Virus record (IMG/VR): IMGVR_UViG_3300044800_000101
Span: 1 to 25,079 of that record
Length of the DNA: 25,079 nt
Reading direction: 5' to 3' (one strand)
Source: a virus
Taxonomy: Duplodnaviria > Caudoviricetes
The position numbers and the translations under genes are program-made. Shown in pieces: positions 17,536-25,079 of this stretch; within the stretch, counting starts at the first letter, position 1; each line of letters starts with the position of its first letter. Under the pieces are notes generated by a model that was not told where the DNA came from, searched no databases, and worked only from the letters and a program-made list of their open reading frames with translations.

Positions 17536-17973
17536 ATGATCATCGCCTTCGATGCAAACCAAAAGCGACAGTTCTATCTGAAAGCCGATGAGAAGAAGGC
17601 CTCACCGTTTCTCATCGGCGTTCTTGATTCCGCACTCGCTTCCCATCTGTCAGACAAAACAATCCTATACAAGCGATCGGGAACGGACAATCTACGTTCC
17701 GCCGATGCTGTAATCAACAGCCACTGGCATGATAGGGAAGTGGTGCGGTTTGGCCTCAAAGGCTTTCCGACGGACTTCAAGACAAAAGACGGATCCCCGG
17801 CCACGTTCGAGATAAAGGAGTTCGATGTGCTCGAGGTGGGAAAGCGCACCGGACTCACAGACGAATCGCTCAATTTCGTCAAGCCCTTTATCGCCGAACT
17901 GGCCGATGCGATCGAAGAAGACAATACTATCACGGAGAAAGAGGAAAAAAACTCCGTGACGTCATTGACATAG
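17536..17973 (+). CDS. Tail assembly chaperone (gpG-like)
   Basis: Between tube and tape measure; ends ..ITEKEEKNS with a slippery site. Confidence 0.8.
   Translation: MIIAFDANQKRQFYLKADEKKASPFLIGVLDSALASHLSDKTILYKRSGTDNLRSADAVINSHWHDREVVRFGLKGFPTDFKTKDGSPATFEIKEFDVLEVGKRTGLTDESLNFVKPFIAELADAIEEDNTITEKEEKNSVTSLT
17946..17952 (+). other. Programmed -1 ribosomal frameshift site A AAA AAC
   Basis: In-frame X XXY YYZ heptamer; the -1 frame is open from here to 18233. Confidence 0.85.
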
Positions 17974-18233
17974 CGCTGGATCCAGCGCTGATCAATGGCG
18001 GAGGTGTTCTCGAAGACGAACAGGGAAGACGCCCGGATCCCGACGAGTTGAGGGAAAATCTACAACGGTTCAAGACTCTTGTCGAATATCTGTTCGATTT
18101 TGAAAACGGCTGTATCACACTCTCGCATACTGAATACTTCACACTGCCGGCAGTGCTGACCAGCGCTCGCCGGATCTTCAGATCAGAACTCGCTGACTAT
18201 CGAAAGAAACAAGCTGATGGCGCCGGTCATTGA
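17952..18233 (+). CDS. gpT-like C-terminal extension of the chaperone (frameshift product gpGT, 17536-18233)
   Basis: -1 frame reads LRDVIDIALDPALINGGGVLEDEQGRRPDPDELRENLQRFK..GAGH; includes track ORF 18048-18233. Confidence 0.75.
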   Translation, partial: LRDVIDIALDPALINGGGVLEDEQGRRPDPDELRENLQRFKTLVEYLFDFENGCITLSHTEYFTLPAVLTSARRIFRSELADYRKKQADGAGH

Positions 18234-19863
18234 ACTCGGGATGGATCTAAAGGATGAAGCGACTGCTACCTGGAATCGCTTTGTCGGCGAGGTAGAGTCC
18301 GGATCGAGGGCTATAGACCAGCATGCACAGAGCACAAACAAACTCACCCAGTGGATCCGTGATCAGCGGGTAGAACAACGCCAGCAGACATTTCTCTTCC
18401 GTGAAGGTAGGAATGTCGTCGACGCCGTGGGTAATTCGACCAGGATGCTGACCACTCAGTATGGCGCTCACTCCGCAGCATTAGCGAAAGTAAATACGGG
18501 ATTGATGTCCGGATTCGCATCCTTCCAGGCAATTGATTTCACGATGGCATCGCTCGGTGTGAGCACGGGCGGAACAACTCTCGCCATAGCCGGTCTCGTA
18601 GCCGGTGGCACTGCTTTATATGCATTCCTGGATCAGACCGAAGCTCACGCAAAGAACGCAGAGAAGGGGATCAAGAACCTCGAAGGGACACTCGTCGGAC
18701 TCGGTCAGAAGCAGATTGAGGGACTCCGGTCTCAAGCGCTTGCTGAAATCGAAAAAACGAAGAAGGCAATGAAGGATGCCAGCCCGACTCTGTTAGGAGA
18801 CAAGCCGCTCATCGAGCTCTTCTTCCCGACAAAAAACCAGAACTCACTCGATCAAACGCTGAAATCGCTTCAGGCTCAGGTCGGTCTGTATGATGCAGCA
18901 CTGAAGCCGGCTGAACAACTGAACTTGGAGGAGATGCAACGCATTGAAGGGCTCGACAAGGAGATTGCATTACTGAAGGTGCATGGCACGATAACGGAAA
19001 AGTATCTCGGACAAGAGATCGATTATGAGCGTCAGCGTATGTTTTATATCCAAGGTAGTTCAGAATTGTCAGCACACGAATTGGATCTGATGCGACAACG
19101 CCTCGAGCTCGTCAAGCAGAATCTGGTCCAGGATCGTGCTATGGCAAATCTCCGGGAGGGAAAGACTCTCCAAAGTGCAACCGACAAAGCCATCGAAGAT
19201 CAATTCCCGGAGCTGAAGGCACTCAGAGAACTCGATAAAACGTGGGCCAAGCTCCCAACCGCGGTGAAGGCGTTGATCAACAAGCGGGATGCCTCTAAGA
19301 TGATGTCGCCGTTTGATCTGAAGAAGGAAAATCTAAGCAACGAAGATCCCTTAAAGCAGATGACAGACAACATCGAGGTATTTGATGCTGGATGGCAAAG
19401 GGCCCTCAATGCTGTGGATCAACTGGCTCAGCAGACCGCAAACGATTTCTATGACTACTTCTCCGGGAATGTAGCCAAGGTCGATGATCTATTCAAGAAC
19501 CTTGTCAAGGATGTCGGTGACTCCTTGGTGAAGATGGCGTTCCAGCTCGCCTCGCAAGCACTGTTCTCGCAATTGCTCGGATTTCTTTTCCCGGCAATTG
19601 GCTTTGGCGGGTTCTTCACGGGCATCGCAGGTATAGCCACAGGTGCACTGGGCGGAGGTGGCAAATCTACCACTATATCGGATGTTCGTACTCCGGAAGA
19701 TCGGGCAAACTCAGGCACGACGATCATATTCAACAATCATGCGCCAATGACCTCGCAGGAAGCAATCCTGGACGCACTCAGTGGCATTGTGCGTGCAACC
19801 GGCCAGACGATCGACAAGATTGCTGTAAACAGCCGAGCGAACGTCTCACTGGCCGCTTCCTAA
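18217..19863 (+). CDS. Tape measure protein (short, 548 aa)
   Basis: Follows G/GT; DLKDEAT N-terminus, long helical content, two hydrophobic Gly/Ala-rich segments, C-terminal TTIIFNN. Confidence 0.75.
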   Translation: MAPVIELGMDLKDEATATWNRFVGEVESGSRAIDQHAQSTNKLTQWIRDQRVEQRQQTFLFREGRNVVDAVGNSTRMLTTQYGAHSAALAKVNTGLMSGFASFQAIDFTMASLGVSTGGTTLAIAGLVAGGTALYAFLDQTEAHAKNAEKGIKNLEGTLVGLGQKQIEGLRSQALAEIEKTKKAMKDASPTLLGDKPLIELFFPTKNQNSLDQTLKSLQAQVGLYDAALKPAEQLNLEEMQRIEGLDKEIALLKVHGTITEKYLGQEIDYERQRMFYIQGSSELSAHELDLMRQRLELVKQNLVQDRAMANLREGKTLQSATDKAIEDQFPELKALRELDKTWAKLPTAVKALINKRDASKMMSPFDLKKENLSNEDPLKQMTDNIEVFDAGWQRALNAVDQLAQQTANDFYDYFSGNVAKVDDLFKNLVKDVGDSLVKMAFQLASQALFSQLLGFLFPAIGFGGFFTGIAGIATGALGGGGKSTTISDVRTPEDRANSGTTIIFNNHAPMTSQEAILDALSGIVRATGQTIDKIAVNSRANVSLAAS

Positions 19864-19876
19864 CCATCAATCGACA

Positions 19877-20131
19877 ATGAGATTCTCCCCCACATCCAAG
19901 TTCATCTCAATCGCCAAGGGCGCCGCGAAGGTTATGCAGTGGAAGGTGTACTGCAAGAAGACGGCAAATCTCGATGAGGCATTGAGTACCGGGACCTGGA
20001 TCGATTGCACGACACGAGTCCATAGCCTGCCACAGATCCGCTCGAAGGTTGAATACCAGCTGGGCCAGTTCACATCACCTGGTGGGACAATACCGTCTTC
20101 AACACTTCCGCCGGCCAGAACATCGAGTTGA
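19877..20131 (+). CDS. N-terminal part of tail tip/hub protein (probably frameshifted from the next ORF)
   Basis: WIDCTTRV..IRSKVEYQLGQFTS resembles hub-protein N-termini; the last 17 aa look out of frame. Confidence 0.5.
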   Translation: MRFSPTSKFISIAKGAAKVMQWKVYCKKTANLDEALSTGTWIDCTTRVHSLPQIRSKVEYQLGQFTSPGGTIPSSTLPPARTSS

Positions 20132-22254
20132 AGGTCCAGCTGCAGATTGGACTCTCCGAAACAGATCTTGCAACGGATGTGGTCGAGGCCTTCTCCGGAT
20201 GGGTCGATCCACTCTCCATTCAATTCAACGAGATCGATGATACGCTGACGCTCACAGCCTATTCAGCTGACGAGCTTGCCAACAGGATGACAGCTGAGGG
20301 GCTTGTCACGCGATATATTAACTCGAACGTTGATGGCTCAGGCAATCCGGGTCTGTTCTTGATGAAGATCTCAGGTCTTTATGCGACGGATGCCAATATC
20401 ACATCTTATGTTCTCAAGCCTGGCGTGCACACCGTGACTTTCGACGGATCCGGGACGCCGGCAAAGGCGAAACTGGACGATGGCGAGTATGTGGATCTAA
20501 GCGTGGGACCGGATTTCATTCTAGAGAACAAAGACAATACCGAACAGCTGAAGGTGAGGGTCAACGGAACGCTATCAGTCGATGCCAATTTGCAGCAATC
20601 TGTCATCGTGATCAACGCCGGCGACACGCTTCCCTATACGTGGTACTCTTCGATCTGGATCAAACGATTCCTCTCGCAGGCCTTCACACAGATAGGTCTT
20701 ACCTCGCAGGTATTCGACACGACACAGATCGCATCCTATGATGGAAACGCCTATCTCTCCTTCCTGGATATTCCTCCTGGGGATGATGCATCTATGGGCG
20801 AGGTACAGGCTTCTGCTTGCATGAGCGACAATACGATCTTCGTTGCCGTCGGCTCAAAGGTCTATCAGAGAGCATACACCTCCGACGTCTATACCCTTCT
20901 CGGGGATATGGGAGCCACAGTCGATCGGCTCTTCGCCGATGAGACAAATCATTGGCTCTGGATCGTCTATACCGGTGCGCATGAGAAGGTAAAAGTATGG
21001 GACCTGGTGGGCCTCTCGCTCTCAGCGGAATGCGATACCGGCCAGTTCGCAAACGTGAATACAATCGACGTCTTGCCATCGAATCGATGCCTCGTTTATA
21101 TCTCCAACACAATTCAGACGGTCTATCAGCTGAAGTTCGACGGATTGAACTTCACCCAAAAGGCCATTTATGCCAAAGCAGCTCTCACGCCGGCATTCGA
21201 TAGCCTCGGAACATGGGGAAGAGTTAAACGGGGTGGATCCGAGCATTATTTTTTCAATGGGGAATCAGGTGGAACCAAATATATCCATTATATCAGCTGC
21301 GGCTCAGGAGTTTGGTCCGACGGTGGAAACCTCCATGCCTATACCGATGAATTCACCTATGGTCTCTGGAGCGACGGCGAAGGCAAGGTCTACTATTGGG
21401 ATTCACCCAACAAGCGGGTGAAGTCAGTCACATCGTCGGCAGAAGCCGTCGTCGCCACTCTGAGTGTGGACGACGTCATTGATATGTTCTACTCTCCCGA
21501 TCGAGGGACGGGATACTTCTGTTCAAATGGCTCGCTGTACTCGATATCGGGCGGAGCTGCAACGGCGATCGTCAGTTCCGGCATGTATTCAAATGGAACG
21601 AATCTGATGGCAAATGCCACCGTCATTTTTGGAATCACGACTGGCCGCCGGCTTTGGCAGTATGGAACCATTCTTGCTCAATATATCTCCGAGCCGGATT
21701 GCACGGGCATCACCATCAAAGCAGCGCTCAACAAAGCTTGCCAGGCGTTCAACTTGATGTTCTACGTGAGTAGCATCAAGGCGGCGTACGTGTATCGAAG
21801 GGGGAACGATAGCGGCACACCGCAAACGTCTGGCAACAATTTGACAGTCAACGCAGATATCGCCAGCAACCTGTCGAAGGAAAACCTTTACGGCAAGGCG
21901 TTCGATCTGATCTCGATCGACAACAGCGTCGAGAAGCATACCTATGATGGCTCATCAGGTCCCGTCGTCTTCGATAAGGGAGTTTTCGGCGACAAGCGGA
22001 CCCTCACGATAAGCAATGACTGGATCCCAACGGAACTGATCAAGCATCTTCTCTTCTGGATGTGGCAGTTCTTCAAAACCGATCGGTCGCTCATCCGGAT
22101 CCCCCTGGGCATCGTGCCGCTCTTCCAGTATGAGATTATGGATCAGTGCACAGCCAGCTTCAGCACGAGCAAGATCGGCACGACAGGATCCGGGCCCATT
22201 ATGGGGCAGACGTTGTATCAGAACGGGTCGATGGACCTGGAGGTATTGACATGA
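20128..22254 (+). CDS. Tail tip/baseplate hub-like protein with central beta-propeller-like region
   Basis: 708 aa beta-rich; FSGWVD..TLTLTAYS and ALNKACQAFNLMFYV hub-like segments flank blade-like repeats. Frame is open from 20053. Confidence 0.65.
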   Translation: MKVQLQIGLSETDLATDVVEAFSGWVDPLSIQFNEIDDTLTLTAYSADELANRMTAEGLVTRYINSNVDGSGNPGLFLMKISGLYATDANITSYVLKPGVHTVTFDGSGTPAKAKLDDGEYVDLSVGPDFILENKDNTEQLKVRVNGTLSVDANLQQSVIVINAGDTLPYTWYSSIWIKRFLSQAFTQIGLTSQVFDTTQIASYDGNAYLSFLDIPPGDDASMGEVQASACMSDNTIFVAVGSKVYQRAYTSDVYTLLGDMGATVDRLFADETNHWLWIVYTGAHEKVKVWDLVGLSLSAECDTGQFANVNTIDVLPSNRCLVYISNTIQTVYQLKFDGLNFTQKAIYAKAALTPAFDSLGTWGRVKRGGSEHYFFNGESGGTKYIHYISCGSGVWSDGGNLHAYTDEFTYGLWSDGEGKVYYWDSPNKRVKSVTSSAEAVVATLSVDDVIDMFYSPDRGTGYFCSNGSLYSISGGAATAIVSSGMYSNGTNLMANATVIFGITTGRRLWQYGTILAQYISEPDCTGITIKAALNKACQAFNLMFYVSSIKAAYVYRRGNDSGTPQTSGNNLTVNADIASNLSKENLYGKAFDLISIDNSVEKHTYDGSSGPVVFDKGVFGDKRTLTISNDWIPTELIKHLLFWMWQFFKTDRSLIRIPLGIVPLFQYEIMDQCTASFSTSKIGTTGSGPIMGQTLYQNGSMDLEVLT

Positions 22255-23012
22255 GCTATCCTCGCTTCTACGCCGGCGACCTCGCCGGAAATGTCTACAC
22301 GATGAGCCTGACGGAAGATGCCAACTATCCGCTCTCCAATCTCTCCACGTATATCCCGACGGATGAATGGCGCAGTTCCGCCAACACAAACAGCCAAACA
22401 CTCAAGATCGATTTTGGAATTGCTAAAGCGATCGACACGCTTATTCTGGACAGTCACAATATCAACCTGATGACACTCACAGCGCTGCAGTATGATGCAA
22501 CTGACAATCCGTCGTTCGCCATTCCGGTATCTGCTATCGCAGAGCTGCAAGTGTTCAGTCCAACGGGTCTCATCGACAAGTTTGAATTCAATTCGGTAAG
22601 AAAGCGCTACTGGCGGCTTCTCTTCTCAGACACAAACACTCTGGTCCCGCGGATCGGACAGATCTTTCTCTCGGGAAAGTTCGATGCTGCGCAGCCCTAT
22701 GATGAGGGATACCGGGGAGGGAACAAGCAGCACGAGACTGAAGTGCAGAAGTCACTCTCCGGAGTGGAGCGGGCCAGCCAGGCATTCGCCGGCAAGACAG
22801 TCTTTGAGATCTCGTTCAGCATTGCCGGCGAGACCTTCCGGACGAACTGGATCGCATTTCACAACAAGGTCCGTGGCAAATTGTGCCCGTTCTATTTTGC
22901 CGATATGGATGATGCAATCTACCTGGTCAAGTTCGAGCAGGATTACAACCCGGCCGAGACGATCCGGTATCAGGTCAATAACGTGCAAACTGTTACGCTG
23001 CGAGCACAATGA
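22251..23012 (+). CDS. Distal-tail-like protein with discoidin/CBM-like N-half, copy 1 (253 aa)
   Basis: GGAGG SD, ATGA overlap; EWRSS..QTLKIDFG..RYWRLLF..RIGQIFL; C-half VRGKLCPFYF. Confidence 0.65.
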   Translation: MSYPRFYAGDLAGNVYTMSLTEDANYPLSNLSTYIPTDEWRSSANTNSQTLKIDFGIAKAIDTLILDSHNINLMTLTALQYDATDNPSFAIPVSAIAELQVFSPTGLIDKFEFNSVRKRYWRLLFSDTNTLVPRIGQIFLSGKFDAAQPYDEGYRGGNKQHETEVQKSLSGVERASQAFAGKTVFEISFSIAGETFRTNWIAFHNKVRGKLCPFYFADMDDAIYLVKFEQDYNPAETIRYQVNNVQTVTLRAQ

Positions 23013-23836
23013 CGCCACGCTTCTATATAGGCCAACTCGACAAGATAACGTTCACGATGACGGAGACGGAGAATGCTGCCGGACCCCTCTCAAATCTGAA
23101 GACCTATTTTGCCGATTATGTCTGGTTGAGCTCCACGATTGCAGCCAACCAGCGATTGATTCTCGACTTCGGCGAGGACAAGTATTGCGACTTCTGCATT
23201 GTTGAGAACCACAACTTTGCAGCGATCGGCGCCGACAGCGTGCAGCTGCAGTGTGCAGACGATGCGGCCTTCACGGTCAACGTCGTCACCGTTTCGTCAG
23301 GCCTTGCCACGCTTGGGAGTCCGGGCAAGATCGAGTTTACCGGGCAGACGAAACGATACTGGAGTATCCTCTTTGCGAAGGCTTCCGGACTGCTTGCGGC
23401 GATTCCGCAGATCGGCCAGGTCTTCGTCAATAACAAGTTTGAGGTCCTGAATGGATATAATCACGGCTACCGTGCCGGCAACACAGAGTATCAGACGGCA
23501 GTGAAGCGCAATCTCAACGGCATCGAGCTCGGTTATCAGGCCCATGGCGGCCGCCTTGTATTCGAGTTTCGCTTCAGTAAGCAGAATGAGGATTTCAAGA
23601 CGAACTGGATCAGCCTGCAGAATTCCGCCCGGGGGCGTCTCAATCCATTTTATTATTGCGATCCATCGGATGGCGCCTGGTATGTGCGGCTCACTGAAGA
23701 CTATGATCCGGTCCGGACGCTTGCGAAAAACAATCAGGAAACGGAAATGATCAAACTCCGGACCGTCGGCGATGTCTCCGCAACTCCACACGGCTGGGGA
23801 GAGGATTTTGGCGGAGACTTTGGGGGAGGATTCTAA
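23009..23836 (+). CDS. Distal-tail-like protein, copy 2 (275 aa)
   Basis: Full-length paralogue of 22251-23012 (PRFY, PLSNL.TY, L.DFG, KRYW..LF, IGQ.F, GYR.GN, RG.L.PFY); ends WGEDFGGDFGGGF. Confidence 0.65.
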   Translation: MTPRFYIGQLDKITFTMTETENAAGPLSNLKTYFADYVWLSSTIAANQRLILDFGEDKYCDFCIVENHNFAAIGADSVQLQCADDAAFTVNVVTVSSGLATLGSPGKIEFTGQTKRYWSILFAKASGLLAAIPQIGQVFVNNKFEVLNGYNHGYRAGNTEYQTAVKRNLNGIELGYQAHGGRLVFEFRFSKQNEDFKTNWISLQNSARGRLNPFYYCDPSDGAWYVRLTEDYDPVRTLAKNNQETEMIKLRTVGDVSATPHGWGEDFGGDFGGGF

Positions 23837-25079
23837 ATGAAACGATTGCTTTATGTCCTTTTGTTTGGCGCTCTCGTAACTGATCTCTTCAGCCAGGCTG
23901 TTCCCATCGGTTATACGTGCTATTACGGGGTCCCGAAATATGCCCAGGGCGTAAGCCCCGGGGCAGATTCTCTCAATCAGGCATGGGCTGAACGGATCAC
24001 ACATGCGATCCGCTTTCCGGTCGCCAGTTACATCGATTCGTTGCTGCAGTATACAGAATCCGCCTCCCGTCCCATTTGGCTTGGCACTCGGACGCTTCCC
24101 TGGCTGAAATTCTATCGAGACTCTCTTGCATGGTATTTTGGCGGCGTTCAGCGCATGGCAGCAGACCGCAATGGCCTGTACATCGGTGGCAACGCCCCAC
24201 CAACGGCGCTTATGGACCTTGCTCCTGGAGACAGTGCAGCCGGACTTCCTCCGGTCCGGGTGCGATCGTCCTCCCATGGATTGCCGGCGAGTCCTCTCGG
24301 CGGAACCCTCTGGAACACCGGCATCTATCTTCTCTATGTTCGGGATTCAGGCGCTCCCGATACTCTCAATAAAGCGAGCATCCTTTCGGTGCCCATTGAT
24401 ACGAGCCTTCTTGGGGGCACAAAGTATCACAATCAAGCGCAGTGGACTGTTGCGGCGTTGCCTGATTCAATATTGGTCAAACCGACACGCATAGAGTTGG
24501 CGGCACTTCTCGGAGCAAGAATTTCAACCTGGACGGCTGGGAACGGGCTGCTTCAGAACTTCATCACAGGAGCAATCACGGCGAGGCTTGACAAGTCCGC
24601 AATTGATAGTATTGGCGCGGTGATATCCGGAAGCATTTCCGGTCTGACAATAACGGGGGGCACGTATCGTACGGCATCGAGCGGAAAAAGAATTGAGCTC
24701 GCTTCAAGCGGCGACCTAAGTGGCTACTACTCCACGGGTGCGCTTTCGGGAGGTATGATCATTGGAACTGCGGGAACCAACACCGAGTTTTGGGCTAACG
24801 ATCAGCTTCGCTTAACTGGATACTCAATTTATCTCAACAGCGCCACCACAGCCCAGGTGAATGGTAGTGCAATAATCACGGCCGCGACAGTAGGTTCGAT
24901 GGCGTATGTGGATTCGGGTAAGTTTCACGGCTCTCCTAGTATCAATACATTGGGCGCGGTGATATCCGGAAGCATTTCCGGTCTGACAATAACGGGGGGC
25001 ACGTATCGTACGGCATCGAGCGGAAAAAGAATTGAGCTCGCTTCAAGCGGCGACCTAAGTGGCTACTACTCCACGGGTG
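23837..25079 (+). CDS. Signal-peptide-bearing tail-fibre-like protein, 3'-truncated (>414 aa; not in the ORF track)
   Basis: ATG directly after the previous stop, open to the window end: MKRLLYVLLFGALVTDLFS|QAVPIGYT..; GLYIGGNAPPTALMDL and ISGLTITGGTYRTASSGKRIEL are fibre-like beta repeats. Confidence 0.8.
   Translation, partial: MKRLLYVLLFGALVTDLFSQAVPIGYTCYYGVPKYAQGVSPGADSLNQAWAERITHAIRFPVASYIDSLLQYTESASRPIWLGTRTLPWLKFYRDSLAWYFGGVQRMAADRNGLYIGGNAPPTALMDLAPGDSAAGLPPVRVRSSSHGLPASPLGGTLWNTGIYLLYVRDSGAPDTLNKASILSVPIDTSLLGGTKYHNQAQWTVAALPDSILVKPTRIELAALLGARISTWTAGNGLLQNFITGAITARLDKSAIDSIGAVISGSISGLTITGGTYRTASSGKRIELASSGDLSGYYSTGALSGGMIIGTAGTNTEFWANDQLRLTGYSIYLNSATTAQVNGSAIITAATVGSMAYVDSGKFHGSPSINTLGAVISGSISGLTITGGTYRTASSGKRIELASSGDLSGYYSTG
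24614..25079. repeat. Exact 127-bp direct repeat (24614-24740 = 24953-25079), period 339 bp
   Basis: GGCGCGGTGATATCC...TCCACGGGTG occurs twice, in frame (113 codons apart); the second copy is cut by the window end. Confidence 0.95.

Larger units (their letters stand above)
1..25079 (+). mobile_element. Siphovirus-like phage/prophage segment with lambda-like head module (both ends outside the window)
   Basis: Tightly packed same-strand genes with ATGA/TGATG overlaps in the order terminase small-large, adaptor, portal, protease-capsid, neck, tube, chaperone, tape measure, tail tip. No sheath gene seen. No att site or integrase, so free phage and prophage cannot be distinguished. Confidence 0.95.

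Noticed and set aside
23297-24277. 326-aa minus-strand ORF
   Set aside because: Antisense shadow of two well-supported + genes; no recognisable motifs.
24614-25079. Diversity-generating retroelement TR/VR pair
   Set aside because: Copies are identical with no adenine-specific mismatches, and no reverse transcriptase is in the window.
1-25079. Frequent GATC/CGATCG/ATCGAT words
   Set aside because: Plausibly due to ATC, GAT and GAG codon preference; cannot be tested without a codon-aware count.

Overview
The whole window is one co-directional (+ strand) segment of a tailed phage or prophage. 113-5187 is an accessory/early-middle block: an atypical HerA/FtsK-like ATPase, an ASCH protein, small Cys-rich proteins, a Gly-Tyr/Gly-Asp hexamer-repeat gene and a Gp37/Gp68 (DUF5131) protein. 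5188-13976 is a lambda-like packaging and head module: Nu1-like small terminase, GpA large terminase, head-tail adaptor, lambda-type portal, fused protease-major capsid and neck proteins. 16411-25079 is a non-contractile tail module: tube, G/GT chaperone with a -1 slippery site, short tape measure, hub, two paralogous distal-tail-like proteins and a truncated fibre-like gene. The most unusual signal is four genes inside the morphogenesis operon, including the fibre-like gene and a fibre-repeat/CE4 deacetylase/CBM protein, that have Sec-type signal peptides cleaved before Gln and are enriched in D-(S/T)-hydrophobic sequons. This suggests a Bacteroidota/Ignavibacteria-like host and phage proteins exported for host O-glycosylation (inference). 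No integrase, lysis, RNA genes or CRISPR array were seen. All family calls come from motif recognition and synteny, not from database searches.
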